DNA from: the human T2T-CHM13v2.0 reference genome, Homo sapiens
Reading direction: 5' to 3' (one strand)
Assembly (NCBI RefSeq): GCF_009914755.1
Contig: NC_060927.1
Length of the DNA stretch: 64,000 nt
The notes beneath the pieces were generated by a model that was given only the letters and a program-made list of their open reading frames with translations, made no database searches and was not told the DNA's origin. The position numbers and the translations under genes were made by a program. Shown one piece after another: positions 10,901 to 27,700 of this stretch (within the stretch, counting starts at the first letter, position 1; every line of letters begins with the position of its first letter).

Positions 10901-13380
10901 GAATGATTCTGTCTTATTTTTATATGAAGATATTTCCGTTTCTACCATAGGTTTCAAATCGCTCTAAATATCCACTTTGAAATTCTACAAAAAGACTGTT
11001 TCAAAACTGCTCTATCAAAAGGAAGGTTCAACTATGTGAGTTGAATGCACACATCACAAAGAAGTTTCTGAGAATTCTTCTGTCTAGGTATAAATGAAGA
11101 AATCCATTTTCCAACGAAGGCCTCAAAGAGGTCCAAATATCCACTTGCAGATTCTACAAAAAGAGTGTTTCAAAACTGCTCTATAAAGAGAAATGTTCAC
11201 CTCCGTAAGTTGAATGCAAACATCACAAAGTAGTTTCTGTGAATGCTTCTGTACAATTTTTATGTGAAGATATGTCCTTTTCCACCGTAGGCCTCAAAGT
11301 GCTTTAAATTAAATAAACACCTGCAAATTCTACAAAAAGAGTGTTTCAAAACTGCTCTATCAAAAGAAAGGTTATACTCAGTGAGTTCAATGCACACATC
11401 CAAAGTAGTTTCTGAGAATGATTCTGTCTAGTTTATATATGAAGATAATTCGTTGTCTAATATAGACCTAAATCACCCTAAATATCCACTTAGATATTCT
11501 ACAGAAAGAGTGTTTCAAAACTGCTCTATTGAAGGGAACGTTGAACTCTGTGGGTTGAATGCAAACATCACAAAGAAGCTTCTGAGAATTCTTCTGTCTA
11601 GTTTTTTTATTAAGAAATACCCTTTTCCAAAGAAGGCCTCAAAGAAGTCAAATATCCACTTGCAGATACTACAAGAAGAAGGTGACAAAACTGCTCTATA
11701 AAGAGGAAAGTTCAACTCTGTGAGTTGAATGCAAACATCACAAAGTTGTTTCCGAGAATGGTTCTGTCTAGCTTTTATGTGAAGATATATCATTTTCTAC
11801 CATAGGCCCCAACACACTCTAAATATCCACTAGCAAACTCCACAAAGAAGTGTTTCAACGCTGCTCTATCAAAAGGAAGGTTCACCTCTGTGAATTGAGT
11901 ACAGACATCAAAAAGAAGTTTCTGAGAATACTTCTGTCTACTTTTTATGTGAAGATACTCCCGTTTTCAAAGAAAACCTAAAAACCCTCCAAATATCCAA
12001 AAGCAGACTTTACAAACAGAGTGTTTCAAAACTTCTCTATCAAAAGAAAGGTGAAACTCTGAGAGTTGAACGCACACTTCACAAAGTAGTTTCTGGGAAT
12101 GATTCTGTCTAGTTTTTATATGAAGGTATTTCCTTTTCTACCGTAGGATTCAAAGCGCGCTAAGTAACCACCTGGAAATACTACAAAAAGAGTGTTTCAA
12201 ATCTGCTCTATAAAAAGGATGGTTCAACTCTGTGAGTTGAATGCACACATCACAAAGAAGTTTCTAAGAATTCTTCTGTCTAGTTTTAAATGAAGAAATC
12301 CCGTTTCCACCGGAGGCCTCAAAGAGGTCCAAATATCCAATTGCACATTCTACAAAAAGAGTGTTCCCAAACTGCTCTATCAAGAGGAATGTTCAACTCT
12401 GTGAGTTGGATGCAAACATCACAAAGTAGATTCTGAGAATGCTTCTGTCTAGTTTTTATGTGAAGATATTTCTTTTTCTACCATAGGCCTCAAAGCACTC
12501 CAAATATCCACTTGCAAACACTACAAAAAGAGTGTTTCAATACTGCTCTATCAAAAGGAAGGTTCACATCTGTGAGTTGAGTACAGACATCACAAAGAAG
12601 TTTCTGAGAATAGTTGTGTCTACTTTTTAGGTGAAGATATTCCCGTTTCCATGGAAAACCTGAAAGCGCTCGAAATATCCAGATGCAGACTTTACAGAGT
12701 GTTTCAAAGCTACTCTATCAAAAGAAAGGTAAAATTCTGTCAGTTGAAGGCACACATCACAAAGAAGTTTCTGAGAATTCTTCTGTCTACTTTTATATGA
12801 AGAAATCCCATTTCCAATGAAGGCCTCAAAGAGGTCCAAATATCCACTTGCAGATTCTACAAAAATAGTGTTTCAAAACTACTCTATCAAGAGGAATGTT
12901 CAACTCTGTGATTGAATGCAAACATCACAAAGTGGTCTCTGTGAATGCTTCGGCCTAGTTTTTATGTGAACATATTTACTTTTCTAAAAAGGCCTCCAAG
13001 CGCTCTAAATACACACTTGCAAATTCTACCAAAGAGTGTTTCAAAACTGCTCTATCAAAAGAAAGGTTAAACTCAGTGAGTTGAATGCGCACATCACAAA
13101 GTAGTTTCTAAGAATCATTCTGTCTAGTTTTTCTACGAAGATATTGCCTTTTCTACCATAGGCCTTAAACGGCGCTAAATATCCACTTGGAAATTCTACA
13201 AAAAGAGTGTTTCAAAAATGCTCCATTGAAAGGAACGTTCACCACTGTGAGTTGAATGCACACATCACAAAGAAGTTTCTGAAAATTCTTCTGTCTAGTT
13301 TTATATGAAGAAATCCCGTTTCCAAAGAAGGCCTCAAAGACGTCCCATTATCCAGTTGCAGATTCTACAAAAAGAGTGTT
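4944..13380. repeat. Divergent alpha satellite, proximal layer (relic HOR, SF01/SF5-like)
   Basis: ~171-bp monomers. B-type monomers have GAAGAAATCCC as in the HOR. A marker monomer CCAAAGAAAACC..CCAGATGCAGA recurs every 2-7 monomers. Core-intact CENP-B boxes lie at 6161, 7182 and 8210. The right boundary is approximate. Confidence 0.8.
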
Positions 13381-13886
13381 TCAAAACTGCTCTATCAAAA
13401 GGAAGGTTCAACTCTGTGAGTTGAATGCACACATCACAAAGTTGTTTCTGAGAATGCTTCTTTTTATTTTCCATGTGAAGATATTTCCTTTTCTACCATA
13501 GGCCTCAAAGCACTCCAAATGTCCACTTGGAGATTCTACAAAAAGAGTGTTTCAAAACCACTCTATCAAAAGGAAGTTTCAACTCTATGAGTTGAATGCA
13601 CAGATCACAAACAAGTTTCTGAGAATGCTTCTGTCTAGTTTTTATTGATTTATTTATTTATTTTAAGTTTTTTCTTCTATTATTATACTTTAAGTTTTAG
13701 GGTACATGTGCACATTGTGCAGGTTAGTTACATATGTATACATGTGCCATGCTGGTGCGCTGCACCCATTAACTTGTCATCTAGTATTAGGTATATCTCC
13801 CAATGCTATCCCTCACCCCACCCTCCACCCGACAACAGTCCCCAGAGTGTGATGTTCCCCTTCCTGTGTCCATGTGATGTCATTGT

Positions 13887-17658
<3,772 letters not shown>

Positions 17659-17721
17659 TATGATGTTAGCTGGTTATTTTGCTCATTCGTTCATACAGTT
17701 TCTTCCTAGTCTTGATGGTCT

Positions 17722-18738
17722 TTACATTTTGGCATGATTTTGCAGCGGCTGGTACCGGTTGTTCCTTTCCATGTTTAGCACTTCCTTCAGGAGCTCTTTT
17801 AGGGCAGTCCTGGTGGTGACAAAATCTGTCAGCATTTGCTTGTCTGTAAAGTATTTTATTTCTCCTTCACTTACGAAGCTTAGTTTGGTTGGATATGAAA
17901 TTCTGGGTTGAAAATTCTTTTCTTTAAGAATGTTGAATATTGGCCCCCACTCCCTTCTGGCTTGTAGGGTTTCTGCCGAGAGATCTGCTGTTAGTCTGAT
18001 GGGCTTCCCTTTGAGGGTAACCCGACCTTTCTCTCTGGTTGCCCTTAACATTTTTTCCTTCATTTCAACTTTGGTGAATCTGACAATTATGTGTCTTGGA
18101 GTTGCTCTTCTCGAGGAGTATCTTTGTGGCGTTCTCTGTGTTTCCTGAATCTGAATATTGGCCTGCCTTTCTAGATTGGGGGAATTCTCCTGGATAATAT
18201 CCTGCAGAGTGTTTTCCAGCTTGGTTCCATTCTCCCCATCACTTTCAGGTACACCAATCAGACGTAGATTTGGTCTTTTTACATAGTCCCATATTTCTTG
18301 GAGACTTTGCTCATTTCTTTTTATTCTTTTTTCTCTAAACTTCCCTTCTCACTTCATTTCATTCATTTCATCTTCCATCACTGATACCGTTTCTTCCAGT
18401 TGATCGCATTGTCTCCTGAGGCTTCTGCATTCTTCACGTAGTTCTCGAGCCTTGGTTTTCAGCTACATCAGCTCTTTTAAGCACTTCTCTGTATTGGTTA
18501 TTCTAGTTATACATTCCTGTAAATTTTATTCAAAGTTTTCCACTTCTTTGCCTTTGGTTTGAATATCCTCCCATAGCTCAGAGTAACTTGATCATCTGAA
18601 GACTTCTTCTCTCAGCTTGTCAAAGTCATTCTCCGTCCAGCCTTGTTCCGTTGCTGGTGAGGAACTGCGTTTCTTTGGAGGAGGAGAGGGGCTCTGCTTT
18701 TTAGAGTTTCCAGTTTTTCTGTTCTGTTTTTTCCCCAT
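17722..18738 (-). pseudogene. L1 ORF1p remnant (element 1)
   Basis: ATG at 18738 and stop at 17722 span 1017 bp. The C-terminus ...KGKPIRLTADLSAETLQARREWG...QNHAKM is in the ORF track, and the frame is disrupted upstream. Confidence 0.9.
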
Positions 18739-21700
18739 CTTTGTGGTTTTATCTACTTTTGGTCTTTGATGGTGATGTACAGATGTGTTTTTGGTGTGGT
18801 TGTCCTTTCTGTTTGTTAGTTTTCCTTCTAACAGACATGACCCTCAGCTGCAGGTCTGTTGGAGTACCCTGCCGTGCGAGGTGTCAATGTGCCCCTGTTG
18901 GGGTTTGCCTCCCAGTTAGGCTGCTCTGGGGTCAGGGGTCAGGCACCCACTTGAGGAGGCAGTCTGCCCCTTCTCAGATCTCCAGGTGCGTACTGGGAGA
19001 ACCACTGCTCTCTTCAAAGCTGTCAGACAGGGACATTTGTGTCTAGTTTTTATTTGAAGATATTCCCGTTTCCAACGAAGGCTTCAAAGCTGCCAAATAT
19101 CCACTTGCATATTCTACAAAAAGAGTGTTTCAAAGCTGCTCTATCAAAAGAAAGGTTCACCTCTGTGAATTGAATGCACACATCACAAAGTACATTCTGA
19201 AAATGCTTCTGTCCTGTTTTATATGAAGATGTTTGCTTTCCTACATTAGGCCTCAAAGCGCTCCAAATATCCACTTGCAGATTCTACAAAAAGAGTGTTT
19301 CAAAACTGCTCTAGCAAATGGAAGGTTCAATACTCTGAGTTGAATGCACACATCACAAAGAAGTTTCTGAGAATGCTTCTGTCTAGCTTATATGTGAAGA
19401 TATTTCCTTTTCTATCACAGACCTTAAAGGGCTCCAAATGTCCAGTTACAGATTCTACAAAAAGACTGTTTCAAAACTGCTCTATCCAAAGAAATATTCG
19501 ACTCTGTGAGTTGAATGCACAGTTCACAAAGAAGTTTCTGAGAATGCTTCTGTCTAGTTTTTATATGAAAATATTGCCTTTTCTACCGTAGGAGTCAAAG
19601 TGCTCCGAATATCCACTTGCAGATTCTACAAAAAGCGTGATTCAAAAGCGCTCTACCAAAAGGAATGTTCAAATCTGTGAGGTGAATACACACATTCCAA
19701 AGAAATTTCTGAGAATGCTTCTGTCTAGTTTCTATGTGAAGATATTTCCTTTCCACCACAGGCCTCAAAGCCCCCAAAATGTCCACGTGCAGATTCTACG
19801 AAAAGAGATTTTCAATACCGCTCTATCATAAGTAAGGTTAAACTCCGTGAGTTGAATGCACAGATCACAAAAATTTCTGAGAATGCTTATGTCTACTTTA
19901 TATTTGAAGATATTCTGGTTTCTAACTAAGGCCTCAAAGCGCCTCAAATATCCCCTGGGAGATTCTATAAAAAAGTGTTTCAAAACTGCTCTATCAAAAG
20001 GAAGTTTCAACTCTGTGAGTTGATTGCACACATCACAAAGAAGTTTCTGAGAAGGCTTCTGTCTGGTTTTCATATGAAGATATTTCCTTTTCCACAATAG
20101 GCCTCAAAGCCCTCCAAATGTCCAATTTCAGATTCAAAAAAATTGACTTTCAAAACTGCTCTATTAAAAAGAAGGTTCAAATCTGTGATTTGAATGCACA
20201 CATCACAAGGAAGTTTCTGAAAATGCTTCTGTCTTGTTTTTAAGTGGGGATATTTCCGTTTCCAATGAAGGCCTCAAAGCGGTCCAAATATCCCCATGCA
20301 GATTCTACAAAAAGACTGTTTCAAAACTGCTCTATCGAAAGTAAGGTTCGCCTCTGTGAGTTGGATGCAGACACCTCAAAGAAGTTTCTGAGAATGCTTC
20401 TGTCTAGTTTTATATGAAGATATTTTTTTTTCTACCAGAGGCCTCAAGGCTCTCCAAATATCCAATTGCAGAAACTACAAAAAGAGTGTTTCAAAACTGC
20501 TCTATCAACAGGAAAGTTCAACTCTGTGAGTTGAATGCACACATCACAAAGAGGTTTCTGAGAATACTTCTGTCTAGTTTCTATGTGAAGATATTTCCTT
20601 TTGTACCATAGGCCTCAAAAGGCTCCAAAAGTCCACTTGCAGATTCTTTAAAAAGAGTGTTGCAAAAGTGTTCTATCAAAAGGAAGGTTCATCTCTGTGA
20701 GTTGAATGCACACATCACAAAGAACTTTCTGAAAATGTTTCTGTCTAGTTTTTATGTGACAATATTCCCTTTCCATTGAAGGCCTTAAAGCCGTCCAAAT
20801 ATCCACTTGCAGATTCTACTAAAAGAGTGGTTCAAAACTGCTCTATCAAAAGAAAGGTTCAACCCTGTGAGTTGAATGCACACATCACAAAGAAGTTTCT
20901 GAGAATGCTTCTGTCTAGTTTTTATTTGAAGATAATTCCTTTTCTAACATAGGCCTCAAAGGTCTCCAAATGTCCACTAGGAGATTTTACAAAAAGAGTG
21001 TTTCAAAACTGCTCTACCAAAGTAATCTTCAACTCTGTGAGTTGAATGCACACATCACAAAGAAGTTTCTGAAAATGCTTCTGTCTAGTTTTTAGGTGAA
21101 GGTGTTCCCATTTCCAACGAAGGCGTCTAAGCTGTCCAAATATCCACTTGCAGATTCTACAAAAAGAGTGTTTCAAAACTGCTCTAACAAAAGGAAAGTT
21201 CAACTCTGTGTGATGAAAGCACACATCACAAAGAAGTTTCTGAGAATGCTTCTGTCTAGTTTTTATATGAAGATATTTGCTTTTCTACCATAGGCCTCAA
21301 AGCGCTCTAAATATCCACTTGCAGATTCTACAAAAAGAGTGTTTCAAAAGTGCCCAATCTAAAGTAATGTTCAACTCTGTGAGTTGAATGTACACATCAC
21401 AAAGTGGTTTCTGAGAATGGCTCTGTCTAGTTTCCATGTGAAGATATTTCCTTTTCCACCACAGGTCTTAAAGCTCTCGAAATGTCGACTTGCAGATTCT
21501 ACAAAAAGGGTGTTTCAAACGCTGTCTATCAAAAGAAAGGTTCAACTCAGTGAGTTTAATTCACACATCACAAATAAGTTTCAGAGAATGTTTCTGTCTA
21601 CTTTTTATATGAAGATATTTGCTTTTCTACCATTGACCTCAAAGCGCTCCAAATATCCACTAGCAGATTCTTCAAAAAGAGTGTTTCAAAAGTGCTCTAT

Positions 21701-24700
21701 CTAAAGGAAAGTTCAACTCCATGAGATGAATGCATAGATCACAAAGAAGTTTCTGAGAACGATTCTGTCTAGTTTTTATTTGAAGATATTCCCATTTCCA
21801 ATGAAGGCCTCAAAGCGGTCCAAATATCCACTTGCAGAATATAAAAAAAAAGTGTTTCAAAACTGATCTATCAAAAGGAAGGCTCAATTCTGTGAGATGA
21901 ACGCACACAACGCAAAGAAATTTCTGAGAATGCTCCTGTCTAGTTTTTAGGTGAAGATATTCACGATTCCAACGAAGGCGTCAAATCTGTCCAAATATCC
22001 ATTTGCAGATTTTACAAATAGAGGGTTTCAAAACTGATCTATCAAAAAGACCGTTCAACTCTGTGAGTTGAATGCACAGATCACAAGGAAGTTTCTGAGA
22101 ATGCTTCTGTCTAGTTATTTGAAGATATTCCTGTTTCCAACGAAGGCCTCAAAGCGGACCAAATATCCACTTGCAGATTCTACAAAAAGAGTGTTTCAAA
22201 ACCGCTCTATCAAAAGGAATGTTCAACTCTGTGAATTGAATGCACACATCACAAAGATGTTTCTGAGAATGCTCAGGTCTAGTTATTTGAAGATATTCCC
22301 ATTTCAAATTAACGCCTCAAAGCGGTCCAAATATGCACTTGCAGATTCTACAAAAGGAGTGTTTCAAAACTGCTCCATCAAAAAGAAGTTTCAACACTGT
22401 GAGTTGAATGCACACATCACAAAGATGTTTCTGAGAATGGCTCTGTCAAGTTTCTATGTGAAGATATTTCCTTTTCCACCGCAGGCCTCAAAACACTCCA
22501 AATTTCCAATTTCAGATTCTACAAAAAGAGTGTTTCAAAACTGTTCTATCAAAAGGAAGTTTCAAATCTCTGAGATGAATGCACACATCACATAGAAGTT
22601 CCTGAGAATGCTTCTGTCTAGTTTTTATTCGAAGATATTACCGTTTCCAACGAAGGCCACACAGTAGTCCAAACATCCACTTGCAGATCCTACAAAAAGA
22701 GTTTTTCAAAACTTCTCTATCTAAAAGAAGATTGAACTCTGTGAGTTGAATGCACACATCACAAAGTACTTTCTGAGAATGCTTCCGTCTAATTTTTAAG
22801 TTAAGATATTTGCTTTTCTACCATAAGCCACAAAGCGCTCCATATATCCACTTGCTCATTCTACAAAAAGAGTGTTTCAAAAATGCTCTATCAAAAGGAA
22901 GGTTCAACTCTGTGTGTTGAATGGACACATCACAAAGAAGTTTCTGAGAATGCTTCCATCTATTTTCTATGTGAAGATATTTCCTTTTCCACCACAGGCC
23001 TTGAAGCGCTCGAAATGTCCACTTGCAGATTCTACAAAAAGAGTGCTTCAAAGGCTTTCTATCAAAAGAAAGGTTCAACTCTGTGAGATGAATGCACACA
23101 TTACAAAGAAGCTTCAGAGAATGCTTCTGTCTACTTTTTATATGTAGATATAAGCTTTACTACCTTAGGCCGCAAAGCGCTCCAAACATCCACTTGCAGA
23201 TTCTTCAAAAAGAGTGTTTCAAAAGTGCTCTATGAAAAGAAAGGTTCAAGTCTGCGAGTTGAATGCACAGATCACAAAGAACTTTCTGAGAATGCTTCTT
23301 TCTATTTTTTATTTGAAGATATTGCCGTTACCAACAAAGACCTCAAAGCGGTCAAAATATCCACTTGCAGATTATAAAAAAGAGTGTTTCAAAACTGCTC
23401 TATCAAAAGGAAGTTTCAACTCTGTGAGATGAATGCACACATCACAAAGAATTTTCTGAGAATGTTTCTGTCTACTTTCAATGTGAAGATATTTCCGTTT
23501 CCATCACAGGCACCAAAGCCTTCCAAATGTCCACTTGCAGATTCTACAAAAAGGATGTTTCAATACTTCTCTGTCAAAAGGCAAGTTCAACGCTGTGAGT
23601 TGAATGCACACATCACAAAGAAGTTTTTGAGAATCCTTCTGTCTAGTTTTTATTTGAAGATATTTACTTTTCTACCTTAGGCCTCAAAGTGCTCCAAATG
23701 TCCACTTAGAGATTCTACAAAAAGAGTATTTCAAAACTGCTCCATCATAAGTAACATTCAAATTTGTGAGTTGAATGCACACATCACAAGGAAGTTTCTG
23801 AAAATGCTTCTGTCTAGTTTTTATGTGAGAATATTCCCGTTTCCAATGAAGACCACAAAGCGGTCCAAATATCCACTTGTGTATTCTCCAAAAAGATTGT
23901 TTCAAAACTGCTCTATCAACAGAAATATTCACCTCTGTGAGTTGAATGCACACATCACAAAGAAGTTTCTGAAAATGCTTCTGTCTAGTTATTTGAACAT
24001 ATTCCCCTTTCCAACGAATGCTTGAAAGCGGTCCAAATATATACTTGCAGATTCTACAAGAAGAGTGTTTCAAAACTGTTCTATCAAAAGGAAGGTTCAA
24101 CCCTGTGAGTTGAAAGCACACATCACAAAGAGGTTTCTGAGAATGTTTCTGTCTAGTTTCCATGTGAAGACATTTTCTTTTCCACCATAGGCCTCAAAAC
24201 CCTCCAAATGTCCCTTTGCAGATTCTACAAAAAGAGTGTTTCAAAACTGTTCTATCAAAAGGAATTTTCAAATCTGTGAGTTGAATGCACACATTACAAA
24301 GAAGTTTCTGAGAATATTTCTGTCTAGTTTTTATTCGAAGATATTCCCGTTTCCAACGAAGACCTCAAAGCAGTCCAAATATCCTATTGCAGATTCTACA
24401 AAAAGAGTGTTTCAAAACTTCTCTATCAAAAAGAAGGTTCAACTCTGTGAGTTGAATGCACACACCACAAAGAAGTTTCTGAGAATGCTTTTGTCTAGTT
24501 TCTATGTGAAGATATTTCCTTTTCTAACAGAGGCCTCAAAGCACTCCAAATGTTCACTTTCTGATTCTTCAAAAAGTTTGTTTCAAAACTGATCTTTCAA
24601 AAGGAAGGTTCAACTCTGTGAGTTGAGTGCACCCATCACAAAGTGGTTTCTGAGAATGTTTCTGTCTAGTTTCCATGTGAGGACATTTTCTTTTCCACCA

Positions 24701-27700
24701 TAGGCCTCAAAACCCTCCAAATGTCCCTTTGCAGATTCTACAAAAAGAGTGTTTCAAAACTGTTCTATCAAAAGGAATTTTCAAATCTGTGAGTTGAATG
24801 CACACATTACAAAGGAGTTTCTGAGAATTCTTCTGTCTAGTTTTTATTCGAAGATATTCCCGTTTCCAACGAAGAACTCAAAACAGTCCAAATATCCTAT
24901 TGCAGATTCTACAAAAAGAGTGTTTCAAAACTTCTCTATCAAAAAGAAAGTTCAACTCTGTGAGTTGAAAGCATACACCACAAAGAAGTTTCTGAGAATG
25001 CTTTTGTCTAATTTTCTTATGAAGATATTTCCTTCTCTATCATAGGCCTCACAGCGCTCAAAATGTCAACTTGCAGATTCTTCAAAAAGAGTGTTTCAAA
25101 ACTGCTCTACCAAAAGGAAGGTTCATCTCTGTGAGTTGAATGCACACATCACAAAGAGGTTTCTGAGAATACTTCTGTCTAGTTTCTATGTGAAGATATT
25201 TCCTTTTCTAACAGGGGCCTCAAAGTGCTCCAAATGTTCATTTTCTGATTCTTCAAAAAGTTTGTTTCAAAACTGATCTATCAAAAGGAAGGTTCAACTC
25301 TGTGCGTTGAGTGCACACATCACAAACAGGTTTCTGAGAATGCTTCTGTCCAGTCCCTATGTGAAGATATTTCCTTTTCCATCACAGGCCTCAAAGCCCT
25401 CCAAATGTCCACTTGCAGATTCTACAAAAAGAGGTTTTCAAAACTGTTCATTCAAAAGGAAGATTCAACTCTGTGAGTTGAATGCACACATCACAAAAAA
25501 GTTTCTGAGAATGCTTCTGACTAGGTTTTATTTGAAGATATTTTGTTTTCTACCATAGGCCTCAAAGAGCTCCAAATATCCACTTGGAGATTCTACTAAA
25601 AGAGTGTTTCAAAACAGCTCTATCAAAAGTAATGTTCAACTCAGTGAGTTGAATGCACACATCACAAAGAAGTTTCTGAAAATGCTTCTGTCTAGTTTTT
25701 ATGTGAGAATATTCCCCTTTCCCACGAAGGCCTCAAAGTGGTCCAAATATTCTGCAGATTCTCCAAAATTAGTGTTTCAAAACTGCTGTAACAAAATAAA
25801 TGTTCACCTCTGTGAGTTGAATGCAGACACCAAAAGAACTTTCTGAGAACGCTTCTGTCTACTTTTTATGTGATGATATTTGATTTTCTACCATAGACCT
25901 CAAAGCGCTCCCTATATCCACTTGCAGATTCTACAAAAAGAGTGTATCGATACTGCTCTATCAAAAAGAAGTTTCAACTCTGGGAGTTGAATGCACACAA
26001 CACAAAGAAATTTCTGAAAATGCTTCTGTCTGGTTTTTAGGTGAAGATATTCCCGTTTCCAACGAAGGCCTCAAATCTGTCCAAATATCGACTTGCAGAC
26101 TCTACAAAAAGAGTGTTTCAAAACTGCTCTATAAAAAGGAAGGTTCAACTCTGTGAGTTGAATGCACAGATCACAAAGAAGTTTCTGAGAATGCTTCTGT
26201 CTAGTTATTTATTTGAAGATATTCCCTTTTCCAACGAAGGCCTCAAAGCTGACCAAATATCCACTTGCAGATTTTACAAAAAGCGTGTTTCAAAACCGCT
26301 CTATCAACAGGAAGGTTCAAATCTGTGAGTTGAATGCACACATCACAAAGAAGTTTCTGAGAATGCTCCTGTGTACATAATTGAATATATTCCCATTTCC
26401 AACGAAGACCACAAAGGTGTCCAAATATCCACTTGCAGATTTTACAAAAAGCGTGTTTCAAAACCGCTCTATCAAAAGGAAGGTACAACTCTGTGAGTTG
26501 AATGCTCACATCACAAAGTGGTTTCTTAGAATGGCTCTGTCTAGTTTCTATGTGAAGATATTTCCTTTTCCACCACAGGCCACAAAATCCTTCAAATGTC
26601 CTCTTCCAGATTCTACAAAAAGAGTGTTTCAAAACTATTCTATCAGAAGAAATTTTCAAATCTGTGAATTGAATGCACATATCACAAAGAAGTTTCTGAG
26701 AATGGTTCTGTCTAGTTTTTATTTGATGATATTCCCATTTCCAACGAATACCTCAAAGCAGTCCAAATATACAATTGCAGATCCTACAAAAAGAGTGTTT
26801 CAAAACTTCTCTATCAAAAAGAATGTTCAATTCTGTGAGTTGAATGCACACATCACAAAGAAGTTTCTGAGAATGCTTTTGTCTACTTTTCCTATGAAGA
26901 TATTTTCTTTTCTACCATAGGGCTTAAAGTGCTCCAAATGTCCACTTGCAGATTCTTCAAAAAGAGTGCTTCAAAACTGCTCTATAAAAAGGAATGTTCA
27001 ACTCTGTGAGTTCAATGCACACATTACAAAGGAGATTCTGAGAATGTTTCTGTCTAGTTTTTATTTGAAGATAATCTCTTTTCCAATGAAGGACTCAAAG
27101 AGGTCAAAATATCCACTTGCAGATTATACAAAAAGAGAGTTTCAAAACTGCTCTATCAAAAGGAAGGTTCAACTCTGTGAGATGAATGCACTCATCCAAA
27201 GAAGTTTCTGAGAATGCTTCTGTCTAATTTCTATGTGAAGATATTTCCTTTTCCACCAAGGGCCTCAAAGTCCTCTAAATGTCACTTGCAGATTCTACAA
27301 AAAGGGTGTTTCAAAACTGCTCTATCAAAAGGAAGGTTCAACCCTGTGAGTTGAATGCTCACATAACAAAGAGGTTTCTAAGAATGCTTCTGTCTAGTCT
27401 CCATGTGAAGATATTTCCTTTTCCATCACAGGCCTCAAAGCCCTCCAAATGTCAACTTGCAGATTCTACAAAAAGAGTGTTTCAAAACTGCTCTATCAAA
27501 AGTAATGTTCAACTCTGTGATTTGAATGCACACATCACAAAGAAGTTTCCAAAAATGCTTCTGTCTAGTTTTATATGAAGAAATCCCGTTTCCAACGAAG
27601 GCCTTAAAGGGGTCCAAATATCCACTTGCAGATTCTCCAAAAAGAGTGTTTAAAACCTGCTCTGTCAAAAGAAAGGTTCATCTCTGTGAGTTGAATGCAC

